DNA of 56,731 nucleotides. Origin: a virus. The position numbers were made by a program, and so were the translations under genes. Shown here in pieces: positions 45,139 through 52,670 of this stretch. The stretch lies in IMG/VR virus record IMGVR_UViG_3300023083_000005, positions 1-56,731 of that record; one strand, written 5' to 3'. A model generated the notes under the pieces. That model saw nothing but the letters and a program-made list of their open reading frames with translations. It did no database searches and was not told the DNA's origin. Every line of letters begins with the position of its first letter. Within the stretch, counting starts at the first letter, position 1.

Positions 45139-45253
45139 GTAAATGAACCTCCAGATTGTTTTGCCCTCTCGGGCGGCTTGTTTCTTACAGTTACCAACCT
45201 AGCTCATGGAAGCTAGATTGTCCATACCCAAATTCGAAAATTGGGAAGTTTTT

Positions 45254-45607
45254 TTAGCTGAGCGGCGGGCCTTGCACCCATCCGTCATGTGTTGCGGTGA
45301 AAAGCGAGGGAGCCATGTAATGCCAGTGACTTACGAATGTCACTGGTTCATCACTGAACCCCCGCACCTCTTGAGCGTGCCAGAAAGCTTCGCGCTGCTG
45401 TGAAAAGTGCGTCAGCGGCATCCCGTAGAGCAAGCTCACGTTAGACACTACAGCACTTTCCCCAGCAAAACCACCCGGCTCTTCGTTGAACCGCTCAGGT
45501 GGCGTGAAATCTTCCGACCGCACGCCACTACCAAGCTCAGGGGCGATACCCCCCTTGAGGCCGAATGGCCCCGGTTGTCCAACTAGATTCAGGTTGTCTA
45601 CGTTCAT
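45254..45607 (-). CDS. hypothetical protein (117 aa)
   Basis: ORF track. Confidence 0.55.
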   Translation of the reverse strand: MNVDNLNLVGQPGPFGLKGGIAPELGSGVRSEDFTPPERFNEEPGGFAGESAVVSNVSLLYGMPLTHFSQQREAFWHAQEVRGFSDEPVTFVSHWHYMAPSLFTATHDGWVQGPPLS

Positions 45608-45612
45608 GCGAG

Positions 45613-46302
45613 TTACGCCCTCTTTCGCTTTCCGAATACCATCAAGCTACCACCGATGATCGAGAAAAGCAACACCAGAAAAATTGGCGGGAACATGTCA
45701 ATTCCAGTCTCGGCAAGGCGGTTCGGAACTACCTTAGCAGAAACCTGCTCGGTGACCATTTCGGGCACTGTCGGCTCGGCCACGGGAGGAACCACGACAG
45801 GCGGCTCAACTGCGGGCGGGACGACAACCGGGGGCTGCTCCACCGGGGGAACAACCACGGGCGGCTCTTCGACAGGCGGGACGACCACGGGCGGATCAGT
45901 GGGCGGAGCCACAACGGGTGGTTCTACGGGCGGCACGACAACCTCACAGGCTGGCGTAGTCCACACGTACCAGTGCTGCGCGATTCCGTTGTCTTCGCCA
46001 CCGTAGAGCAGACCATCCTCGATCAGCTTGGCAACCTCGGCAGTGGGGTACGAATCGGCTTGGTACTTGACCCCACACTTGAGGCCCGACGTGGGGTTGT
46101 CCCAGAACCCGAGATTTTCACCGGGCACCTGTGCTATGTAGTCCTGAGGTGTCAGGAAAACATCGTCGGTTGTGGAAGTCACCTCCCAGAGTACCGTGGT
46201 CAGGTCGGGCTGCTCGGTTGCCTGTGCCGGGCTAGCGCTAAACGCCACCCCAGCCAGTGCCATTGCCGCGAACGTAGTACTTGCTACTAGAGCTTTTTTC
46301 AT
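45613..46302 (-). CDS. secreted, sortase-anchored (LAETG) cell-wall surface protein with Pro-Val-rich stalk
   Basis: Signal peptide MKKALVASTTFAAMALAGVAFSASPAQA. PPVV/PPVE repeats are followed by LAETG, then the hydrophobic helix IDMFPPIFLVLLFSIIGGSLMVF and a KRKRA tail. Confidence 0.8.
   Translation of the reverse strand: MKKALVASTTFAAMALAGVAFSASPAQATEQPDLTTVLWEVTSTTDDVFLTPQDYIAQVPGENLGFWDNPTSGLKCGVKYQADSYPTAEVAKLIEDGLLYGGEDNGIAQHWYVWTTPACEVVVPPVEPPVVAPPTDPPVVVPPVEEPPVVVPPVEQPPVVVPPAVEPPVVVPPVAEPTVPEMVTEQVSAKVVPNRLAETGIDMFPPIFLVLLFSIIGGSLMVFGKRKRA
45775..45945 (-). repeat. Imperfect in-frame repeats encoding (V/E)PPVV units
   Basis: Seven or more PPV(V/E) units in the translation of 45613..46302. 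Confidence 0.7.
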
Positions 46303-46483
46303 TAGTTCCCCCTTGGGTTTCTATTAGTCGTTTGAGTAGTTCGTTTTTGTACTTCGCTGCGGCGTCCCACTTGGCACTGGCAAGGCTGTAATAGCCAGCA
46401 CGCTCATTGCGATACGCCTGTGTTGCCAACGCCCGATATCGACGCTTGAGCGTTCGTTGACTGAGAAGTGTCAAGTCAATCAT
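46238..46483 (-). CDS. hypothetical protein (81 aa)
   Basis: ORF track; the 3' end overlaps the LAETG gene start by 65 nt, so the true end or reality is uncertain. Confidence 0.45.
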   Translation of the reverse strand: MIDLTLLSQRTLKRRYRALATQAYRNERAGYYSLASAKWDAAAKYKNELLKRLIETQGGTNEKSSSSKYYVRGNGTGWGGV

Positions 46484-46769
46484 TGAGCACCCATTCGAGT
46501 GCTTCTCTGAATCCGAACTTATAGTTTGAGGCCCCCTCAGTGGCCCCTATCTTCGCCTCAATCTCTGCCCGCGTGCGCATGGGCTTCTGCTCTGGTTCGA
46601 TTTCGCCGGGGCGGAAACCGCCCACTGACCCCGAGTTGTCAAAGGCTACGATCAGGTAGCCGTCAACCGTATCACGGACGACTTCACCCGGGCCACCGTA
46701 GTTCTGGCTACCGTAGTGCATGTTGGTCGCCTTGAGTTGTACCCGGTCGCCAACTTTGTGGTCAGTCAT
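46476..46769 (-). CDS. GDRV-barrel family paralog P10 (97 aa)
   Basis: KVGDRVQLK...GEVVRD and C-terminal FREALEWVLND. Confidence 0.65.
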   Translation of the reverse strand: MTDHKVGDRVQLKATNMHYGSQNYGGPGEVVRDTVDGYLIVAFDNSGSVGGFRPGEIEPEQKPMRTRAEIEAKIGATEGASNYKFGFREALEWVLND

Positions 46770-47025
46770 CAATGAACCTCGTTTCTGTGAGCTTGCGAGC
46801 GGCTGCGCTCATTCGATCTGTGATCAACCTTACCTGCTCGTAGCTGGCAAGCGCAACCCTTTCGTCATATTCTTCTACGAAATAATTGTCGCTCTGGTAC
46901 GCCTCGTTGTATCCGTCAGCAATCGCCTGAGCGTGCGACTTGAACGGGGCAGAGTCCACGACTGACTCGTGATAGACGCCGTTCGTCTGAGTGTAGCGAC
47001 GTACCTTGACCAGCCATTTAGTCAT
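46762..47025 (-). CDS. hypothetical protein (87 aa)
   Basis: ATGA overlap with the upstream gene (track start 47037). Confidence 0.55.
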   Translation of the reverse strand: MTKWLVKVRRYTQTNGVYHESVVDSAPFKSHAQAIADGYNEAYQSDNYFVEEYDERVALASYEQVRLITDRMSAAARKLTETRFIDD

Positions 47026-47831
47026 GAGAGAATCCACTCCAACTCTTCGATAGCGAGCCGGGACAGGCCACTAGCCGGGGCTGAGCGGTACTGTTCAAGG
47101 CGTGCGTTCACCTCTTCCCGGGTACGGCGAATCGGCGGCAGGGCGGGCGCGGGCGGCGCTGGGGCGGTTGACGTTGTTGCGTCAATCAAGTCTAGGCTGG
47201 AAGGAAGCCAACGGTAAGACTCTGTACCCGAACCGCGAGAGGTGTCAAAAGCAACCCGTATAGTCGAGCGCCCGCTGACGGCACTATATTCTGACAAAAC
47301 ATCGTTCACAGTCCCTTCCGCACCAACCCAAGAGCGGCTTCGTTGAGTAGATTGGTTTACCCGCACCCGGTCACCCACGCGGAATTCACCGGGCGCCCGA
47401 ACCTCGACAGGTGTTGGCGTCGGTGTGTCAATCACGGACAGGCTGCGTTCGTAGAAACGCCATTCTGCGCCGTTGTCCATGCTGATGACCCACAATTTTT
47501 CAGTGCTGGATTCATAGTGGACTCGAACGAGAGTGCCAATCTCTCCACGGTAGCCTCTGCTGGCTGTCTCGTTGATCTGAACGCGATCACCCTCGCGCAT
47601 CTGTCGTACTAGCGGGAGTGCGGCGGGTGGGGTGGGGTTGGGGGTTGCCGGTTCAGTGATCAGGTCAAGGCGGTATTGGAAATACGTGCCGTTGCGGTTG
47701 TCGCCCCAGTCAACCGTGACCAAGTAATCAGGGTCACCGCTTTCGACGTGCCGCACAACACCTTCAAGCCCTCGATGCCCAATGTCAATTCTGTCATTGC
47801 CGCGAACTCGGTCGCCTACGCTGTACGGCAT
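47022..47831 (-). CDS. GDRV-barrel family paralog P9 (269 aa, three modules)
   Basis: SVGDRVRGN, EGDRVQIN, RVGDRVRVN; C-terminus LAIEELEWILS. Confidence 0.7.
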   Translation of the reverse strand: MPYSVGDRVRGNDRIDIGHRGLEGVVRHVESGDPDYLVTVDWGDNRNGTYFQYRLDLITEPATPNPTPPAALPLVRQMREGDRVQINETASRGYRGEIGTLVRVHYESSTEKLWVISMDNGAEWRFYERSLSVIDTPTPTPVEVRAPGEFRVGDRVRVNQSTQRSRSWVGAEGTVNDVLSEYSAVSGRSTIRVAFDTSRGSGTESYRWLPSSLDLIDATTSTAPAPPAPALPPIRRTREEVNARLEQYRSAPASGLSRLAIEELEWILS

Positions 47832-48247
47832 CAGTCGTCATCCTCGTCTTCGTCGTAATACTCGTCGGGTTCTGATGCCTCGGTGTCAAGATCGTCAGGC
47901 GTGGCCTCTGCGCGGCGCAGTGCGCCGATAACCCATTGAAGCTCTTCGATGATGACCAGAACAGCCACCGTCTTGTTCGGCAACGCCTCATACATGGCAA
48001 GGCGTGCCTCGACCTCGCTGGGCGTCTTGGGTTCAACAGGGCCAGCCATTTCAATCTGGCTGACGTACACGCCTCGATCAAATGGGCCGTCATCACCCGA
48101 AACGTAATCGTCACGGTTGGGTGTGTCGCGGTTGTAGAACATGACGCGCGTGACAGTGAATTCCTCCCCGATGTGAGAGTGCAAAGAAGTTTGGCGGCTC
48201 GAATTCACAACGCGAACTCGATCACCTATCGAAAAAGCATGAGGCAT
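47831..48247 (-). CDS. GDRV-barrel family paralog P8 (138 aa) with poly-acidic tail
   Basis: SIGDRVRVV; VIIEELQWVIGAL; tail EPDEYYDEDEDDD. Confidence 0.7.
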   Translation of the reverse strand: MPHAFSIGDRVRVVNSSRQTSLHSHIGEEFTVTRVMFYNRDTPNRDDYVSGDDGPFDRGVYVSQIEMAGPVEPKTPSEVEARLAMYEALPNKTVAVLVIIEELQWVIGALRRAEATPDDLDTEASEPDEYYDEDEDDD

Positions 48248-48250
48248 TGA

Positions 48251-48337
48251 CTAACTCCTGTCATTCATGTAGTCGCCAATGGTGGCGAATACGAGTAGTA
48301 AGGGAAGGGTTACGGTGGCGATCAGTAAGACGATCAC
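48251..48337 (-). CDS. possible small membrane peptide (28 aa)
   Basis: GTGA overlap; VIVLLIATVTLPLLLVFATIGDYMNDRS. Confidence 0.35.
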   Translation of the reverse strand: MIVLLIATVTLPLLLVFATIGDYMNDRS

Positions 48338-48462
48338 TTGCCGCTCACCCACTGTGAGAACGCAACCGCGAAGATCAGGCTGCTGTAGCTAAAAGCCACG
48401 ACGCTGAGCAGAATCACGCCCACAACGATGTAGCCGAAAACTGACTTTACCCTGTCAATCAC
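48334..48462 (-). CDS. possible small membrane protein (42 aa)
   Basis: AAGGAAG RBS + GTG; VIDRVKSVFGYIVVGVILLSVVAFSYSSLIFAVAF... Confidence 0.4.
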   Translation of the reverse strand: MIDRVKSVFGYIVVGVILLSVVAFSYSSLIFAVAFSQWVSGK

Positions 48463-48502
48463 TGTGTCTTCCTTGGTTGGTTGATACTGCTAGCTTAATC
48501 GC

Positions 48503-49156
48503 TCAGCCGAGCAGGGTCAATACCCAATTCAATTCTTCTACCACGACTTTCTTGGCCAGCGTGTCAGGCGCGGCGGCATAGGCGTCCCGCTTCTCAGCTA
48601 CCAGCAACTTGAGTTGCGAAGGCGTGGCTGGTTCGACGTTGACGAACTCAAAGCTCTCGAAACTGGCGTGCCAGTCAAAGCCGTTGGGCGACTCGACGTA
48701 CATGACTCCCGGGTCGTCCCAGCTTGTCGTGTCCATAGGGATAACCCGCGTCACCGTGTGTTCAGTGCCGACCGCTGACCCGCCCGTGTCAAGCGTGATG
48801 CGGATGCGGTCGCCCACCTGTGCGTCAGTCGTCGCGCGAGGGCGGTACGGCTCAACTGTGGGCGGCTGGGTGGCGATCACGTCACCGGCGAAGGTGACAA
48901 CATCGTGGTTTTCTTCGGTGTCGTCTTCTGACAGCAGAGCGTCAAGTTCAGCGTCAAGGACTGCCGTTGATTCCGGGTTGTCAACCACATAGCACGTGTT
49001 GTGAGCGTACCAATGGTCGCCAGTGAAATTGTCCCGATCTGCACCCCGGTAGTGTACTCCATCGGTTAGCACCTCAGTGACAGTACCATAACCTCCCGCT
49101 ACGGTTGCCCCCTGAAAAGTGATAATCCTGATTCTGTCTCCCACTACTGCGGTCAC
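48503..49156 (-). CDS. GDRV-barrel family paralog P7 (217 aa, two modules)
   Basis: VVGDRIRII and QVGDRIRIT; C-terminus VVVEELNWVLTLLG. Confidence 0.7.
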   Translation of the reverse strand: MTAVVGDRIRIITFQGATVAGGYGTVTEVLTDGVHYRGADRDNFTGDHWYAHNTCYVVDNPESTAVLDAELDALLSEDDTEENHDVVTFAGDVIATQPPTVEPYRPRATTDAQVGDRIRITLDTGGSAVGTEHTVTRVIPMDTTSWDDPGVMYVESPNGFDWHASFESFEFVNVEPATPSQLKLLVAEKRDAYAAAPDTLAKKVVVEELNWVLTLLG

Positions 49157-49476
49157 AGTGCAAGCACCCCCTCAAGTTCCTCGATCACGGCTTTCACGGC
49201 GACAGTGGGATTCTCCACTGACTTGTAAGCGTCAATGCGCTTCTGGATTTTGGCGCGCAAGGTGCGTGCGTCACCGCGTTTTGGCTTGGCGGGCTTGACC
49301 AACTCCATTGCGTCGTTGTAGTAGTTGTTGGTGTAGTCGTTACCGTCAAGCTGTACCGTGCTGACCCCGCCCCTCTCGAATGCGTTGTAATTATCGTTGG
49401 GCCTGACGACGACACCCTCACGGCCCATAGCGCCACCGTCAGTCATGCGGACTCTGTCTCCTGCTGCGAATGTCAT
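49153..49476 (-). CDS. GDRV-barrel family paralog P6 (107 aa)
   Basis: MTFAAGDRVRM; C-terminus ENPTVAVKAVIEELEGVLAL; ATGA overlaps. Confidence 0.75.
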   Translation of the reverse strand: MTFAAGDRVRMTDGGAMGREGVVVRPNDNYNAFERGGVSTVQLDGNDYTNNYYNDAMELVKPAKPKRGDARTLRAKIQKRIDAYKSVENPTVAVKAVIEELEGVLAL

Positions 49477-49811
49477 AGTGACAATACCCCTTCCAACTCT
49501 TCGATTACTGCCTTGACTGCGACTGTCGGATTCTCAATCGCCTTGTACGCTTCGATGCGCTTGGCGATCTTACCCCGCAGCGAGCGGGCATCGTTCTTGG
49601 GCGGCTTAGCGGGCTCAATCAGAACCAACTGATTTGTGTAAAAACGGTTTGTTTCAACGCGGTTGCCGTTCAAGTTATCGTCGAAACGAATCTCTGTCAC
49701 GGGGCGGCTGTAGTCTGGAACGAGTGGATCAACCACCACACCTGTGCGGTTCTCCCAAGAGCTTTCGTAGCCCTGTCGTACGGTAACCCGATCACCGATT
49801 GCAAACGTCAT
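49473..49811 (-). CDS. GDRV-barrel family paralog P5 (112 aa)
   Basis: MTFAIGDRVTV; C-terminus ENPTVAVKAVIEELEGVLSL. Confidence 0.75.
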   Translation of the reverse strand: MTFAIGDRVTVRQGYESSWENRTGVVVDPLVPDYSRPVTEIRFDDNLNGNRVETNRFYTNQLVLIEPAKPPKNDARSLRGKIAKRIEAYKAIENPTVAVKAVIEELEGVLSL

Positions 49812-50200
49812 AGCGACAACGCCCCTTCCAGTTCTTCGATGATCGACCGGACGGCCACGGTGGGGTTCTCGATTGACTTGTACGCGTCAAGGCTCTTGGT
49901 CAGCTTGGCTCGCAGGTTGCGCCGATCCTTGCGGTTGTCGGCGGGCGTACCTTCGATTATGCGCGGAATGAGCGCAATGTCGTCGTACGGAACGCGGGGA
50001 AAATGCGTAAAGTCACCACCGTCCACAGTTGTGCCACCCGTGTACACCGAAACGTTGCCACTGAACGTGTCAACGCTGTAGATGAGTCCAATCTGTCCGA
50101 TTGCTGCCGTCTGTCCGTAATCGGTTCTGTGCGGCGCAAGGAAGCGGATGGGCGCACCTGACATGAATCCCTCAGGCCGCTGCGTGCGTGTTCTTGGCAT
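49808..50200 (-). CDS. family paralog P4 (130 aa)
   Basis: AAGGAGG RBS before ATG 50200; C-terminus ENPTVAVRSIIEELEGALSL. Confidence 0.7.
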   Translation of the reverse strand: MPRTRTQRPEGFMSGAPIRFLAPHRTDYGQTAAIGQIGLIYSVDTFSGNVSVYTGGTTVDGGDFTHFPRVPYDDIALIPRIIEGTPADNRKDRRNLRAKLTKSLDAYKSIENPTVAVRSIIEELEGALSL

Positions 50201-50203
50201 TGT

Positions 50204-50449
50204 CTAATCCTCCTTGGTTTGTTCTGTTAGGTAAACCCTACCGGCTTTTTCTATCAGGCGGAAGCCCTTAGCCCTAAGTTTTTCCTCCCACGTGTCGTAC
50301 TGATGCCACGTCATGTGACCTTTGGAATAGTTCCGCTGAATCTCACGGATGGGAATACCAGCCTCACCCGCCGTGACCAGCTTGCGCAACATCGTGCGCT
50401 GTAGCTCGGTGTGACAGGCTTTGTGTGCGCGCGGAATGTTGACTGTCAT
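50204..50449 (-). CDS. hypothetical protein, winged-helix-like (81 aa)
   Basis: ORF track; LRKLVTAGEAGIPIREIQRNY. Confidence 0.55.
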   Translation of the reverse strand: MTVNIPRAHKACHTELQRTMLRKLVTAGEAGIPIREIQRNYSKGHMTWHQYDTWEEKLRAKGFRLIEKAGRVYLTEQTKED

Positions 50450-50646
50450 TTGTCAACCGTCGTAAAGTCGCATTCGATCTGGCCATTCATGCCGTTGTAG
50501 TACACGCGACCACCCGACGATTCGCAGACCTGAGAGAACTTCGCCTCTTCCTTGATCTTGTCCAGCGGTTCACCGCACGCTGAAAGAGTGCCCAGCATGA
50601 GTGCCGCCACGATGATTGCTGTTAGTTTCCTCACTGTCCATCCCAT
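50446..50646 (-). CDS. lipoprotein (66 aa)
   Basis: Signal peptide with lipobox LGTLSAC. Confidence 0.65.
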   Translation of the reverse strand: MGWTVRKLTAIIVAALMLGTLSACGEPLDKIKEEAKFSQVCESSGGRVYYNGMNGQIECDFTTVDK

Positions 50647-50804
50647 CCGCTAATTGTCACTCCGCTGTCAAGAATCACGTCTATCTTGACACTGCCCCTG
50701 ACCGGCTGGCGAACCGCCATCACCGTGCCGCGCTGCGCCTCAATGTTGTTGTCCTCGTCGGCTGCAATGTAGGTCACGCGTGCGCCTACTACGATTTTGC
50801 TCAC
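50631..50804 (-). CDS. single-module barrel protein P3 (57 aa)
   Basis: GTG at GTGA overlap; VSKIVVGARVTYIAADEDNNIEAQRGTVMAV...; same frame as track ORF 50631..51017. Confidence 0.45.
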   Translation of the reverse strand: MSKIVVGARVTYIAADEDNNIEAQRGTVMAVRQPVRGSVKIDVILDSGVTISGWDGQ

Positions 50805-50965
50805 TTGTTGATCACGTCCGAAATGACGGTGCCGAATTCGATGGGCATCACCTTGGCATGGTACCCCAGATTGACAGCGTGGCGCAGTGCCGCTATCTCG
50901 GTCTCGTGGATCGACTCGACAGAGTAGCCGTAGTCCTGCGTGGCAACGATCCAAACAGTTTTCAT
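50801..50965 (-). CDS. hypothetical protein (54 aa)
   Basis: Hand translation MKTVWIVATQDYGYSVESIHETEIAALRHAVNLGYHAKV...; ATGA overlap. Confidence 0.45.
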   Translation of the reverse strand: MKTVWIVATQDYGYSVESIHETEIAALRHAVNLGYHAKVMPIEFGTVISDVINK

Positions 50966-51108
50966 CACCCCACCACCTTGGCTTGCATGGTGAACGGGTT
51001 ACCCGCGCGAATCGCAATGTCCACGATCTTGGCTGCAGTTTTTGCGTCGTAAACAGTGTAGGTGCGGTCTCCGCGAGTGGGGTAGTGAATCGTCAGCGTG
51101 TATTTCAT
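50965..51108 (-). CDS. hypothetical protein (47 aa)
   Basis: GAGGGAG RBS; MKYTLTIHYPTRGDRTYTVYDAKTAAKIVDIAIRAGNPF... Confidence 0.45.
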   Translation of the reverse strand: MKYTLTIHYPTRGDRTYTVYDAKTAAKIVDIAIRAGNPFTMQAKVVG

Positions 51109-51327
51109 GGTGACTCCCTCGTGTCAATGGTTGATAATCGAACCCCGCCCACCGGTCGCAATGCCAGTGGACGAGACAAAACAATCAAACACAGATTCAA
51201 TATTCAATATAGGTGTTGGCTACGAATGGGCTTCGTTTGCCTGAGTGAGTATCTACATCGGTACCACCTCCCTTGCTTGTGTTCTCAGTTTAGTGGAGCG
51301 TGCGGGGTTTGTCTACCCTTTTGGGGA

Positions 51328-51840
51328 TTATTCTCCCGGGAAGATCACGCGGTATGTGTCGCGTCTACGTTCCGCTTCTTCCTTGAGGGAAGAGGGCCAC
51401 AGGAAATTGCCATTACCGAAACGCCACTTGTTACCGTCGAAATGGTAGGCAGTAGCGCCGACTTCGACCAGCGCGTTTTTCCCGGTCGGCAGCACAATCG
51501 GCTCGGGTAGCAGTTCGTATGTCCACTCTTGCGTGTTGTAGCTGCCCGTGGTGGTTCCACCCTCGAACGCGACAGTCATCCACGCCGATTGAACAGTGCG
51601 CACAGTGCCCACGACGACCGACTCGCCTAGCGTCAGCTTGACGCGCTTACCGGCCAGTGACACTGGAGCGTCAACGATCTTGGTGAGGTAGTCAGGGCGG
51701 TACACCCAGCTTCCGCCCGGGGCGTGGTTATCCCGATGCACGACAAGACTTTCACCAGCGTAACCGGTGACCGTACCCTCGATGCCGCAGAAAACCCCAC
51801 GGTTGACGATCACCCGATCACCCTTGAGTAGCACGCTCAT
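51328..51840 (-). CDS. GDRV-barrel family paralog P2 (170 aa, two modules + domain shared with 44788..45138)
   Basis: LKGDRVIVN...GTVTG; LAGKRVKLT...GTVRTV; C-terminus PIVLPTGKNALV...YRVIFPGE. Confidence 0.7.
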   Translation of the reverse strand: MSVLLKGDRVIVNRGVFCGIEGTVTGYAGESLVVHRDNHAPGGSWVYRPDYLTKIVDAPVSLAGKRVKLTLGESVVVGTVRTVQSAWMTVAFEGGTTTGSYNTQEWTYELLPEPIVLPTGKNALVEVGATAYHFDGNKWRFGNGNFLWPSSLKEEAERRRDTYRVIFPGE

Positions 51841-52583
51841 GCCTTCACGCCCTCGGAAAGAATGGTGTACTTCGACCCGTGCAGGAAACTCTCGGAACCG
51901 TACGTGTTGCCCGTTTTGCTTGACACGAAAGTGTCATCGGCGGTTTTCACGAAAGAAAATCGGGTGCCTTTGACGACAGCCCCGATTCCCAGACCACGCA
52001 GCTTTTCGGGAAACGTGGGTTCACGATGGGCTTCGTCGTACTCGCGGATTGCCCGCTGTGCGTCGAAAACGGCGATTTCCGCCCGGGCGTAGGCGCGCTG
52101 TGCCTCGTTCTGCTGGTGCAGCCTGTCGGCGCGCTTGAGGGTGGCCTCTTCTGCCGCCTTGACCAGTTCGGCCCGCTCATCGACGGGGACGAATACCCGG
52201 GTCAGTTCGCTCACCATGTAGCTGGCCTGTTTTCCGTCGTCGAAACGAACATCTGCGGCACTGCCAGCGTTGTTGACGTACTGGATCGTCACCTCTTCAC
52301 CCTTGCGCCCGACGTTGGCGCGAATGCCGTAGCCGCTCTTGTTCACGTTCACGACGGCACGGTCACCCTTTTTGAGCGGTTCGTCACACGGGCTGGGCTT
52401 GACCGGAAGGTGCGACAGGCTGCGAACGTTGTACTCGTGCTGCGCGCCGTTGTCGAATCGGACGGTGGCCCAATTGCTGCCAGTCGTGGCGGTCACGTCA
52501 CCCTCATGACCGCTCAGAATGCTCTGCGGGCGCGAAACGATAATGCGGTCGCCTACTTCAAACGGGTTCATAAACGGGTTCAT
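51837..52583 (-). CDS. GDRV-barrel family paralog P1 (248 aa, two modules + helical/other C-terminal region)
   Basis: AGGAGGAAAAACAG before ATG 52583 (track start 52661 rejected); EVGDRIIVS and KKGDRAVVN. Confidence 0.7.
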   Translation of the reverse strand: MNPFMNPFEVGDRIIVSRPQSILSGHEGDVTATTGSNWATVRFDNGAQHEYNVRSLSHLPVKPSPCDEPLKKGDRAVVNVNKSGYGIRANVGRKGEEVTIQYVNNAGSAADVRFDDGKQASYMVSELTRVFVPVDERAELVKAAEEATLKRADRLHQQNEAQRAYARAEIAVFDAQRAIREYDEAHREPTFPEKLRGLGIGAVVKGTRFSFVKTADDTFVSSKTGNTYGSESFLHGSKYTILSEGVKA

Positions 52584-52670
52584 CTGTTTTTCCTCCTGTT
52601 GGTTTGTTGACGCTGGTGTGTCATAGCTTGCTGCGAATACTTCGAACCAGTTGGGGTTCATGTCTCTACC

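Noticed and set aside
45205-45250. Plus-strand hairpin CCCAAATTCGAAAATTGGG followed by a T run inside the leftward arm
   Set aside because: It looks like an intrinsic terminator for the plus strand, but there is no plus-strand gene nearby. It may stop antisense transcription. There is too little support to call it.
50631-51017. 128-aa track ORF spanning 50631..51017
   Set aside because: Its upstream two-thirds is Arg/Cys/Pro-rich. The region is better explained by three small, start/stop-coupled genes (50965..51108, 50801..50965, 50631..50804), each with plausible starts.
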